A stretch of DNA of 64,000 nt, from assembly GCA_964236955.1 (NCBI GenBank), contig CAXSGP010000003.1:1-64000 (forward strand). The letters are read 5' to 3'. Of this stretch, positions 9,827 to 18,115 are shown piece by piece. This stretch comes from an uncultured Oligoflexus sp. GTDB taxonomy: Bacteria; Bdellovibrionota_B; Oligoflexia; Oligoflexales; Oligoflexaceae. Made by a program: the position numbers and the translations under genes. The notes beneath the pieces are model-generated. The model made no database searches. It worked only from the letters and a program-made list of their open reading frames with translations, and was not told the origin of the DNA. The first letter of the stretch is position 1; every line of letters begins with the position of its first letter.

Positions 9827-10869
9827 CGTTTTCCCCCTTCCACTTTTCGCGAGGCTCTCCGCGCCTTCAGTTGAGAGAAACACGTAACATGCATATACAC
9901 GTTGTCCATCGTGTCGGTATCGTAGCACTCAATGGCTCCGCTTTGAGGATCACCCGGAGCGCTGTTAAACATATATCGGCATTCCCCATTCATGCCTTTC
10001 GGAGCGCCCGTTTCGGTAAAGAGTCCGCTCTCCATTTGGTAGGACCCACGCGCCGGCAGGCGAAACTTAATCACGTGGATTACCTCGGCTTCATAGCCTT
10101 TCGAAAGCAAAGCGCCGAGCACAGATCCGCCGCCCGTTTTCTTGGCATTATTCTTATCCCCGGCGGCTTCTTCGGAACTTTGACCTTCCTGGGGGGCACC
10201 TTTTTTATTTGCGGCAATCTCGTCGTCATTTAGTTTTTTTTCATCCTCGGCCTTTCGGTCAATGAGGGTACCGTCGGCATTTTTTTTGCTGTCGATGTTG
10301 ACAATGAGATTGGGCATGGACGGTTCGACCTCACGGACTGGACTGTCAAATTCAGGGAGATTGATGCGCCAACGACGGCCTTCAAATGATTCAAGAAGTA
10401 TGGATCGATCCCCATCCGTCTCGGTCGCCGTGCAAGCCTTGATAACAATATCTGAAAAATTCCCGCTTTCTTTTTCTCCTGCTTCCACAAAACTGCCGAT
10501 TCGATAATGGGTATTCCAAATCATCTGAACCCCTTCGTCCCATTCCTCTTTAACCAGGACGCGGAGTTTGAGTTGGCCAAGGGCATCAAGGTCGTCAATC
10601 GACCAGGCGAACGGAAGCTTTTTGCAAAAGGTCTTATCACGTTTTTTGGCACTACCACGCACGATCAGGCATTGACCAACGGGAGGTGTAACCCAAATGT
10701 AACCCTTTATCAGAGCGGGATCGGCCTTGTTTTCAAGCAGAGAAAGGCGGTCAAGCTCAAGCAGGTCTCCCGGCCTGGGCTTAAAATGAGGCGCAAGTAA
10801 ATTCTGCCGCTCCGCTTCTGGAGTCTGGGGGCCAAACAAAGAGGCCGCCACGAACCAGGGTATAATCAT
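9823..10869 (-). CDS. Hypothetical exported protein
   Basis: 348-aa ORF with ATGA overlaps at both ends. Confidence 0.75.
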   Translation of the reverse strand: MIIPWFVAASLFGPQTPEAERQNLLAPHFKPRPGDLLELDRLSLLENKADPALIKGYIWVTPPVGQCLIVRGSAKKRDKTFCKKLPFAWSIDDLDALGQLKLRVLVKEEWDEGVQMIWNTHYRIGSFVEAGEKESGNFSDIVIKACTATETDGDRSILLESFEGRRWRINLPEFDSPVREVEPSMPNLIVNIDSKKNADGTLIDRKAEDEKKLNDDEIAANKKGAPQEGQSSEEAAGDKNNAKKTGGGSVLGALLSKGYEAEVIHVIKFRLPARGSYQMESGLFTETGAPKGMNGECRYMFNSAPGDPQSGAIECYDTDTMDNVYMHVTCFSQLKARRASRKVEGGKR

Positions 10870-11858
10870 CTGATCTTAGTCTGCGATTGCGTCGGTGCTT
10901 CAGTCCTGGCCGTCTGAGCAGGATTGTTTTCGTATATTAGTTTCCAGAGGTCAGTACTGTTTTGGGCTGTATAGATTATGCTGCCCTGGTCCCACCATTG
11001 CGGCCAGCGTTCGGCTTGGTCGGGGGTATTGGTAAGATAACGTCCATGACCTTGGACATCGCTGACTCTTATATCGAAGTCATAGGCTTTATTGCCGACC
11101 ATGCGGGCCGCCGCATAAAGGAGCAGGGTCTTGCTTGGGTGCCAGCGCGGATCACGGCCCCTTCCCAAAAGCTTTGGGGCCTCGCCCCTGGCTGAAATAT
11201 ATAAGTTCAGGCCCAAGGTCGACCAGGCGATGAGCTTGCCATCCGGAGAGATATCAAAAGACTCAACGCCACTCCCATCATCGGGGAGAGCGTCCAATGT
11301 CAGGCCAAGGTCACTGACCCAAAGGACCGATTTCTGAGTGGCTACAAACCGTCCGAGTTCCACCTTGGCTCTTTTTTGCCAACGGGCCAGGCGTTCGGTC
11401 GGAAACTCAAGGCGTCTACTCATGATGCCTTTTTCGTGCATCAAAAAGATAGTATAGTCCCTAGGGTCGAGAGTCAGATAGCCGCTCGACCCCGGAATGG
11501 TATCGATTGACGCCGTCGCTTCGGAAAAGGTGTCATAGGCCTTGATTTCGCTCGTGATCATCTTTTTGTCTTGGATCAATTCTCTATAGAAGAGCCGTTT
11601 GCCGTCGGGGCTCCAGAAAAAAGCCGGTCCGACGCGATGGGGGGTGACTTCGATGATTTCCTGGGTCCCTAAATTCATGATGCGGAGGGACTGCCCCCAC
11701 TGGTCAGTGAAAGCTATCAGGCTGTTGGTATTATTGAGTCTCATTCCAACCAAGGGACCTTCTGTCCGAAGGACTGGCTCAGGCTTATTTTGGCTCCAGA
11801 GGATGCTGCTCTGAAAGACTAGGGTAAGGGCTAGCAATGGTTTGACAAATTGATCCAT
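10866..11858 (-). CDS. TolB-like/PD40 beta-propeller protein
   Basis: Signal peptide; repeats WSPDGKRLFY, ISPDGKLIAW, PRWHP, LTNTPDQAERWPQW. Confidence 0.8.
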   Translation of the reverse strand: MDQFVKPLLALTLVFQSSILWSQNKPEPVLRTEGPLVGMRLNNTNSLIAFTDQWGQSLRIMNLGTQEIIEVTPHRVGPAFFWSPDGKRLFYRELIQDKKMITSEIKAYDTFSEATASIDTIPGSSGYLTLDPRDYTIFLMHEKGIMSRRLEFPTERLARWQKRAKVELGRFVATQKSVLWVSDLGLTLDALPDDGSGVESFDISPDGKLIAWSTLGLNLYISARGEAPKLLGRGRDPRWHPSKTLLLYAAARMVGNKAYDFDIRVSDVQGHGRYLTNTPDQAERWPQWWDQGSIIYTAQNSTDLWKLIYENNPAQTARTEAPTQSQTKIR

Positions 11859-12044
11859 CAGGCTCGTATCCTTCCAACGTAGAGTACAAGAGGAGGTCTT
11901 GGGGAATGCTCCCATGCTCTATCAGACCAGAGCCCAACCCCTTCGTATAGGCGCTAAAATTTCCTAGCTGCCGGTTTTTATCCCTTGGTTTTTTCGTATC
12001 TTAGAGCGAAATCAAGACGATTTATGAATAAGTGGGAAGAATTT

Positions 12045-12071
12045 TAACCTTTCCTCGAAAACCTCCGATAG
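12045..12071 (+). promoter_or_regulatory. Sigma28/FliA-like promoter
   Basis: TAAC-N15-TCCGATAG just upstream of ORF 12095. Confidence 0.45.
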
Positions 12072-12094
12072 GCCTTGGAATGTTCGGAGGATGA

Positions 12095-12463
12095 ATGATG
12101 AGAAAAGATACCAAAGTTCGAGTTTTTTTGACCCTATGCCTGGCGCTTAGTCTTGATACGAGCAGCCTGCCGGCGGCTGAAAAGAAAGCCGCGAGACGCT
12201 CCGACCTGCCCGCATCCAAGGTAACGCAGATACCCAAGGCGGCAATCGGCAGCCGAAATGCCTCGGCCAATGCCAAGCCATTGACAGTGACCGGCCATTC
12301 CAAGTTCGATTTTGTAAAGACCCCTACTGATTTTGAACCAAAGTCCTCAAGTTCTTTAAGAATGGATGGCTCTAAGCAGGATAAGTCCTACGACGTAGTC
12401 TCTATTCCATTCGGTGGGGGATCGACCGACAATTTGCCTGTGACGCCCGAACTTCCTAAGTAG
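12095..12463 (+). CDS. Secreted hypothetical protein
   Basis: GGAGG RBS; signal peptide. Confidence 0.65.
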   Translation: MMRKDTKVRVFLTLCLALSLDTSSLPAAEKKAARRSDLPASKVTQIPKAAIGSRNASANAKPLTVTGHSKFDFVKTPTDFEPKSSSSLRMDGSKQDKSYDVVSIPFGGGSTDNLPVTPELPK

Positions 12464-12600
12464 AGTCCGAATATTAAGATTTGAAAATAGGCGATTTGAG
12501 GAACCAGAGGGAAGGAAAAATTTCCCTTCAGTCAGCCAGATAAATTAGCAGCTTAAAGTAAAATGTCACGTCATCGCAAGGCGCGGTCTCGCTTTGTGCT

Positions 12601-12627
12601 CAAGCTTTCCCCTCAAATTGCCGATGG
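12601..12627 (+). promoter_or_regulatory. Sigma28/FliA-like promoter
   Basis: CAAG-N15-GCCGATGG upstream of ORF 12655. Confidence 0.5.
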
Positions 12628-12654
12628 ATACCTTGGATAGCCGGAGGTATTTCC

Positions 12655-13002
12655 ATGTTGACCAAAATCCTAACTGTCGCCCTGTATACTAGCCTTTTCG
12701 CGGCGGGTATGGTGAATCCTTACACCCAGGACTCTCTACACGCTGAAGGTAAAAAGAAAGAGGCTGCCGCTAGCGGGGGACGCAAAAAGATCATCACCCA
12801 AGAAGGTCGAGCCAAAAGCTCTTCTAAAACCAATATTGACTTTGATGCGGCTGCCATCGATGGTGAGCGCCGTATCCCTGCCGGCGTGGCCATCGGCGGC
12901 GCCAAGCAGGACAATGAGTATGATTTGATCAATCTTCGCCTTCGCTGGCATCCGGAAATGGTAAAATCCACGTCGAATCTAGAGACGGGCAAAGGCCAGT
13001 GA
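12655..13002 (+). CDS. CglF/GltF-like gliding-motility-associated secreted protein
   Basis: Signal peptide; KTNIDFD...IDGE...P.G...LI.LR..WHPE resembles the myxobacterial CglF motif; GGAGG RBS. Confidence 0.6.
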   Translation: MLTKILTVALYTSLFAAGMVNPYTQDSLHAEGKKKEAAASGGRKKIITQEGRAKSSSKTNIDFDAAAIDGERRIPAGVAIGGAKQDNEYDLINLRLRWHPEMVKSTSNLETGKGQ

Positions 13003-13028
13003 CTTTCGCTTTCAGGTATCCTCAGTAT

Positions 13029-13060
13029 AGAGTCTGGACTTTCCGGGCTCTTTTTATTTT
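13029..13060 (+). terminator. Intrinsic terminator
   Basis: gagtctgga-ctt-tccgggctc followed by a T-run. Confidence 0.6.
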
Positions 13061-13229
13061 TTATAGAATGTTCAGTCGCCTTTATCAGCCTGCCGCAATT
13101 GTTGCCTAGCTCGGCCCACTCTTTGGTCTTTTCAAGCGTGATACAATTGCAAGCATAGTGTTGCAAACTGATAACGATTCCTTTTGCAACTGCCCCTGAG
13201 GTTCTGTAAAAAGCGCATAGGAACTACGA

Positions 13230-16200
13230 ATGGATCCTCGCGGAGTCTTTGCTGTCAACCATGAAAATCGCGCCATCAATCGAGATGTGAACGGCGATCT
13301 CGAACCCGTTCGGGCAGTGCTCAAATTTAACAACACACTTCGTGATTGTCATATTTTAAATTTTCATTTCAAAGGAATGGGAATTCAAGTCGATGATCAG
13401 ACGGCCCGTGAGATTAGGGATTCCCATCAGACCCTGCTCGAGCTGACCGTCTATCAGGGAAATCAATTGTTGCACGAATCCATGGCAGCACGGATTGCCT
13501 GGAATGATCTCGACGGATCGTGCAGCCTGGGCCTCGAATTCGTCGATGTCGTCGAAGAGTGGAAACCAAGAGCTGCCCGGGTCCGCATCAATGAACGCTT
13601 TCCAATCTCCATTATCTGTGACGATCCTATTTTTCAAGATCGAAAAGTCTACCTTAGCCTTGAAGACGCTTCGATCTCTGGACTTTTATTATGCACATCA
13701 CTTAGTAACAAGCATCTTTTTCCGGGAATGACTCTTAAGGGTGCGATCATCCGCATTCAGTCCGAGCCCGATTATATCGTCGACCTGCCTATTGCTTCGG
13801 CAAGGCAAAGCGACAAGCCTGGAGAATTCTATATAGGAGTGGCCCTGCCCTCCAACGTCACCGACCTCTATGAGGCTCTGACTCGATATTTTGCAACCGT
13901 GGTTGAAAATGGTTTGGAACAGGCGATCGACGCCGGCCTTCATAAGGAAGGCTCAAAGATCAAAAACGCGGGCGGAAAACTTACCTATTCCATCGTCAAG
14001 ACCGCGCAGGATTATGATGAGGTTCTCAAACTGCGATATGCCGGTTACAGCAAACACGGTAAGGTTTTAGTAGGCGATACCTATAGAAATCAAGGCGAAG
14101 GGCTTGATCAGGAAGGTTTGATCGTTTCCGCGCGCCTTGCTGGCACTATCGTCGCCGCCTGTGAATTGCGCTTTAGCGATGGACCCGTGCCTTTTCGATT
14201 CTTTGATCCTGCGACCATCAAATGGCCGGATTGGGTCCAGAGTTCCAAGCTCATTGAAGTCAATAAGCTCGTGATCGCGCCGCATTTTCAGGGCAGTGAT
14301 GTTCTCCTTTCCATGTTTCAACTCGGTTTTGCCTACAGTATTAAGATGGGTTGTCTCGATTTCGTCTGCTGTGCCACCACCAAGCTCATGCCAACCTATG
14401 AAATGATTGGTTTCAAACAAATCGGTGTGAAAGTCCCGCATCCGACCCTCAAGGGCGAGACGCTTCATATGCTCGTGATGAGCTCAGAGACCTATTTAAG
14501 CGGCAAGGGAGTGAATCCCTATACCTGGGACCTCGTATTCAGCGCCGTGCAGGCCCAATCAAGTCTAATTGGGCTGACGAAATTAAAGACTCGAAGTCTT
14601 TTGCATAGGCTGGCATCGAAGAGCATCGGCACGGCGATTAGCCTTTTGAAAAGACGCGAGGTCCAACGGCCGTCTGGGCCCAAAGCGTCGGGGCCCTTCC
14701 GTTTCGTCAATCCCAATCTTACGAAACAGCATATATCGACCGCGATCTTTGTTCCCTACATTCATGTCTCCGATGAGCTTATCGGCTACGAGAAGACCAG
14801 CAAGATTATTATGGAATCAGGTCTTAATCGCGACTATTTCCGGAAAAAAGGGGCTTGGATCAGCCTTGATTTCTTTGATGCTTTTATCGAACGATTCAAG
14901 CACTATGGCGATATCGAGATCCTTCAGAAACGTGCGGGTGAACAGGTCTGGGCGTATTCGCTTTCGGGCGGGCGCTTTATAATCTTCCGCTATCTCTACA
15001 GCGTACAAAAGATTTTTGAATCGATTGAGACTGCCGTCAACCCATTAAACCGGACCCGGCGTATCGTTACCACCAGCTTATCCAGCGGTCGGGCCAAGAT
15101 CTCGATCGGGGTCAACGAGAATATGCGGATGCCGCGCGATGTCAGCTCGTGCCTCAACTTTGAATGGAACTTCCGCAAGTGCCTTGAACTCAAGACGGGA
15201 CGCCCCGGAGTTGTGACCAAGGTTTCCTGCTGTTATCATGGTGACAGCAGTTGTAACTACGAGTTGGTATGGGACGCCAATGCCGAACGTCGGAATAACA
15301 AACGGGGATCATTGATTGCCGGATCGATAGGCAGCTTCCTCATGGCCAGCAGCGTGATCGGCCTCTTTCTCGATATCCCCTATTACAGGGCCGTCATATC
15401 TTGGATTTGGCTCGGTTTTTTTGCCCTTATCACGGGCCTTTTACTGCAGCTCCTGACGATTTCGGGCCGACTCCTCAGGTCGCTGAGGGACGAGTATCAT
15501 ATCTTCGAGCACGAATCCAATGCGCGCTATGCTCTGCTGCAGGAAGCAAAGATGCAGTCGGAGACGCGTTATCAGGAAGCGCGTCTACTGGAAGAGACAT
15601 CCGAGTCGATACAGACTCTGAACGACGTAAGTACCATGCTCGATAAGACCTTGAAGGACACCTGCACCCGCTTCCAATTCGACCGCGCCTTTCTCATGCT
15701 GGTAACTCCGGATGGTAAACTCCTCAAGACCGCATCGGTCTATTGCAATGAGACTGATCTTGATATGATCTGGCGTTTCACCGTGGACCTGACCTCGCAA
15801 CGGGATAAAGGCTTTTTTGTCTCATCGATATTTCATTCCGGTCAGCCGGTTTTTATTGGTAATGTCGAGGAGCATCTTTTCCATCTCAATGACATGTCTA
15901 AGAAAATTATCAAAAGGCTAGGTTCAAAAAGCTACGCGATGGTACCGGTTCCCGGAGCTAACGGCCGGCTCGGAGTCCTGATCGCTGACCGGATCGATTC
16001 GAAGCAACTCCTGGCCCGGACCGATATGGTTCTCCTGGAAAGAATCGCCAGACAGTTGGGTATGGCTCTCGATAAGCAGACCCAACTCGATCACGAACGC
16101 AATATGAGGATGGCCTTTCAAAAATACGTGCCAAGGCATATCGTTGATGAAATCGCTGCCGAGCGCGGCGGCGTGCGTGGCGGCACAACCGGCGAAATCG

Positions 16201-16775
16201 TATCGATGATGCTCGATATTCGAAATTTCACATTCAAGTCCAAAAAGATCTCACCGTCAGCGCTTCTGGCCTGGCTCAATAAATTTTATGAAAATACAGT
16301 GCCTCTTATCGAAGCATCGGGAGGCTATGTTGAACGTTATTTGGGCGATGGCTTTCTTGCAACCTGGGGAAGCATTGATCGAAAGGCGGTCGACATGGAC
16401 CGGGTTTTGGAAAGTGCCCAGGATGTTTTGGCAAGTCTTGAATATTTTAACCGTGAAATGAGGTCGGTCGATCTGCCCGAAATTCAAGTGGGAATGGGTG
16501 TGGCGACAGGCCAAGCGGTATCGGGAAATGTTGGTTCAGCAAATCGAATCGAGTTTACGAGTCTCGGCACAGTGGTTAATTTCTCGGCAAGGCTTGAAGA
16601 ATTATGTAAGATTCTCGATGCACCCATTGTCATCTCCATGGACTTTTACAATAGTCTCAGTCAAGATAAGAAAGAACAGATGACCATCGTTTCGGGTGTC
16701 GGCGTTGACAGTTTCGCAGACGTTATGGCTGTTGCGGTCTTTCGAGTGGCCAATGAAAGTGAGCGAGTTGCATGA
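13230..16775 (+). CDS. Multidomain class III adenylate/guanylate cyclase: PilZ-like x2, FeeM/LuxI-like GNAT, V4R/HNOB-like, 2 TM, GAF, cyclase
   Basis: RAINR/NFHFKG and DASISG (PilZ-like); VLKLRYAGY..IEVNKLVI..YEMIGF (GNAT); SCCYHGDSSCNYELVW (V4R-like); FDRAFLML..YAMVPV..LGVLIADR (GAF); LDIRNFT..YLGDG..GNVGS..TSLG.VVN.SARLE (cyclase). Confidence 0.85.
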   Translation: MDPRGVFAVNHENRAINRDVNGDLEPVRAVLKFNNTLRDCHILNFHFKGMGIQVDDQTAREIRDSHQTLLELTVYQGNQLLHESMAARIAWNDLDGSCSLGLEFVDVVEEWKPRAARVRINERFPISIICDDPIFQDRKVYLSLEDASISGLLLCTSLSNKHLFPGMTLKGAIIRIQSEPDYIVDLPIASARQSDKPGEFYIGVALPSNVTDLYEALTRYFATVVENGLEQAIDAGLHKEGSKIKNAGGKLTYSIVKTAQDYDEVLKLRYAGYSKHGKVLVGDTYRNQGEGLDQEGLIVSARLAGTIVAACELRFSDGPVPFRFFDPATIKWPDWVQSSKLIEVNKLVIAPHFQGSDVLLSMFQLGFAYSIKMGCLDFVCCATTKLMPTYEMIGFKQIGVKVPHPTLKGETLHMLVMSSETYLSGKGVNPYTWDLVFSAVQAQSSLIGLTKLKTRSLLHRLASKSIGTAISLLKRREVQRPSGPKASGPFRFVNPNLTKQHISTAIFVPYIHVSDELIGYEKTSKIIMESGLNRDYFRKKGAWISLDFFDAFIERFKHYGDIEILQKRAGEQVWAYSLSGGRFIIFRYLYSVQKIFESIETAVNPLNRTRRIVTTSLSSGRAKISIGVNENMRMPRDVSSCLNFEWNFRKCLELKTGRPGVVTKVSCCYHGDSSCNYELVWDANAERRNNKRGSLIAGSIGSFLMASSVIGLFLDIPYYRAVISWIWLGFFALITGLLLQLLTISGRLLRSLRDEYHIFEHESNARYALLQEAKMQSETRYQEARLLEETSESIQTLNDVSTMLDKTLKDTCTRFQFDRAFLMLVTPDGKLLKTASVYCNETDLDMIWRFTVDLTSQRDKGFFVSSIFHSGQPVFIGNVEEHLFHLNDMSKKIIKRLGSKSYAMVPVPGANGRLGVLIADRIDSKQLLARTDMVLLERIARQLGMALDKQTQLDHERNMRMAFQKYVPRHIVDEIAAERGGVRGGTTGEIVSMMLDIRNFTFKSKKISPSALLAWLNKFYENTVPLIEASGGYVERYLGDGFLATWGSIDRKAVDMDRVLESAQDVLASLEYFNREMRSVDLPEIQVGMGVATGQAVSGNVGSANRIEFTSLGTVVNFSARLEELCKILDAPIVISMDFYNSLSQDKKEQMTIVSGVGVDSFADVMAVAVFRVANESERVA

Positions 16776-17413
16776 ATTTTTCCACACTCCTAAGCGTTGT
16801 TGAGGAATCCCGAGTTGAGTTTCGATCGATGCTCGAATCGATGAAGGCCAACGATGGATCCATGCCGAAAGAACTTTATGCGCGCTATCTAAATTTTCAA
16901 TATCATCTGACCAATGGGGTGCAGCGTCACTTCTTTTTGGCCGCCAGCCATCCCGATCTTTCCTCGAAGAAAAGCCTTCGGGACTTTCTCTTTAAATTTG
17001 GCAACGAGGAAGAGCCGCACTTCGAAATCGCCCTCAAGGACCTCAAGAATCTGGGCTTTGACGGAACTGCGGAAGCACCTTTTGATGTTCAGCTCTGGTG
17101 GGCTTATTTCAATAGCGTAATTTATGAGCGGCCTTTTCTGAGGTTGGGCGCGACCTGCATTTTGGAAAATATAAGCGCTGGCTCGAACGATTTGATCCAG
17201 TCAATGTTTCAGAAATCAGATTATATTACGTCGCGCAATTCGGTTTTCTTTAGGATACATCGGCATGATGAAACCTTGCCTCACGGTGAAGAGATCCTCA
17301 ACGCTTTAAAAAATGCCAATTTAAATGAGAGCCAATACATTGATCTCGTCAACGGCGCCAAGCGCGGCTGGATACTCTACAGTCGAATGATGAACGCGAT
17401 CAACGTTCCGTAA
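16772..17413 (+). CDS. Heme-oxygenase-like iron-containing redox enzyme (HDO; TenA/PqqC/CADD superfamily)
   Basis: Y..YL..QYH, EEEPH...L.DL..LG, LE, H..DE...H metal-ligand pattern; ATGA overlap with the cyclase gene. Confidence 0.8.
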   Translation: MNFSTLLSVVEESRVEFRSMLESMKANDGSMPKELYARYLNFQYHLTNGVQRHFFLAASHPDLSSKKSLRDFLFKFGNEEEPHFEIALKDLKNLGFDGTAEAPFDVQLWWAYFNSVIYERPFLRLGATCILENISAGSNDLIQSMFQKSDYITSRNSVFFRIHRHDETLPHGEEILNALKNANLNESQYIDLVNGAKRGWILYSRMMNAINVP

Positions 17414-17431
17414 TTTTATAAGGGTCCATGG

Positions 17432-17466
17432 AAAAAACGCGACATCTTCGGATGACTCGCGTTTTT
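17432..17466. terminator. Bidirectional intrinsic terminator
   Basis: aaaaacgcga-catc-ttcg-gatg-ac-tcgcgttttt between convergent genes. Confidence 0.7.
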
Positions 17467-17485
17467 GATTATGCTTTAGGTGCTA

Positions 17486-18040
17486 TCAGAAAGAAGTATG
17501 CAGGTCCAAAAATTTGTCTAATTCACTTATTTCATTTGGCTTGATGTTGATCTTGCGGTAAACGAGCCAGCCAAAGCGATCGGCGACGTACACGCTGGGG
17601 AGGTCCGGTTGGTGAAAATCTTCCAATACCTTGGCCGTTCCCAAATTGGCCGCAGCTTCAATTTCATGGAAGGCCGAGAAGGCGCGCGCGTCTGGTTCGG
17701 CGTCATGAGCAAAGACATAGACTAGATCGGTGTACTTCGCCTTATATTGTCCGGCTATGGCCCGAAACTCAGGCATCAGCTGCTGACAGGGTATGCACCA
17801 TGACGCCACGAAGACGACCACTAAGACCCGACCCTTAGTTGTGGTGATAGTTTTTGCTTCGGCATCGGCCAATGATTTGAGGGAAAGACTAGGGAAGGCT
17901 GTCCAACCATGCGTGTATTTGTCGGTCACTCGCCTTGCCTGCATTGCCGATGCGGCACTTCCGTGAGGCGCTGCCTCGTTCGCCCAAGCGTTGACTGAAG
18001 CTAAGAGAAGAGTCATGATAATGGAGATTTTGAAGGACAA
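17486..18040 (-). CDS. TlpA-like thioredoxin-fold disulfide reductase, exported
   Basis: FVASWCIPC; signal peptide; GAGGAG RBS before TTG. Confidence 0.85.
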   Translation of the reverse strand: MSFKISIIMTLLLASVNAWANEAAPHGSAASAMQARRVTDKYTHGWTAFPSLSLKSLADAEAKTITTTKGRVLVVVFVASWCIPCQQLMPEFRAIAGQYKAKYTDLVYVFAHDAEPDARAFSAFHEIEAAANLGTAKVLEDFHQPDLPSVYVADRFGWLVYRKINIKPNEISELDKFLDLHTSF

Positions 18041-18115
18041 GCGCGAGCCCTCCTCGGGTCAATGTGGCCTCTATGTCCCATTCTATCATGATTGAGTGCA
18101 AGGGAGAGAATCCAG

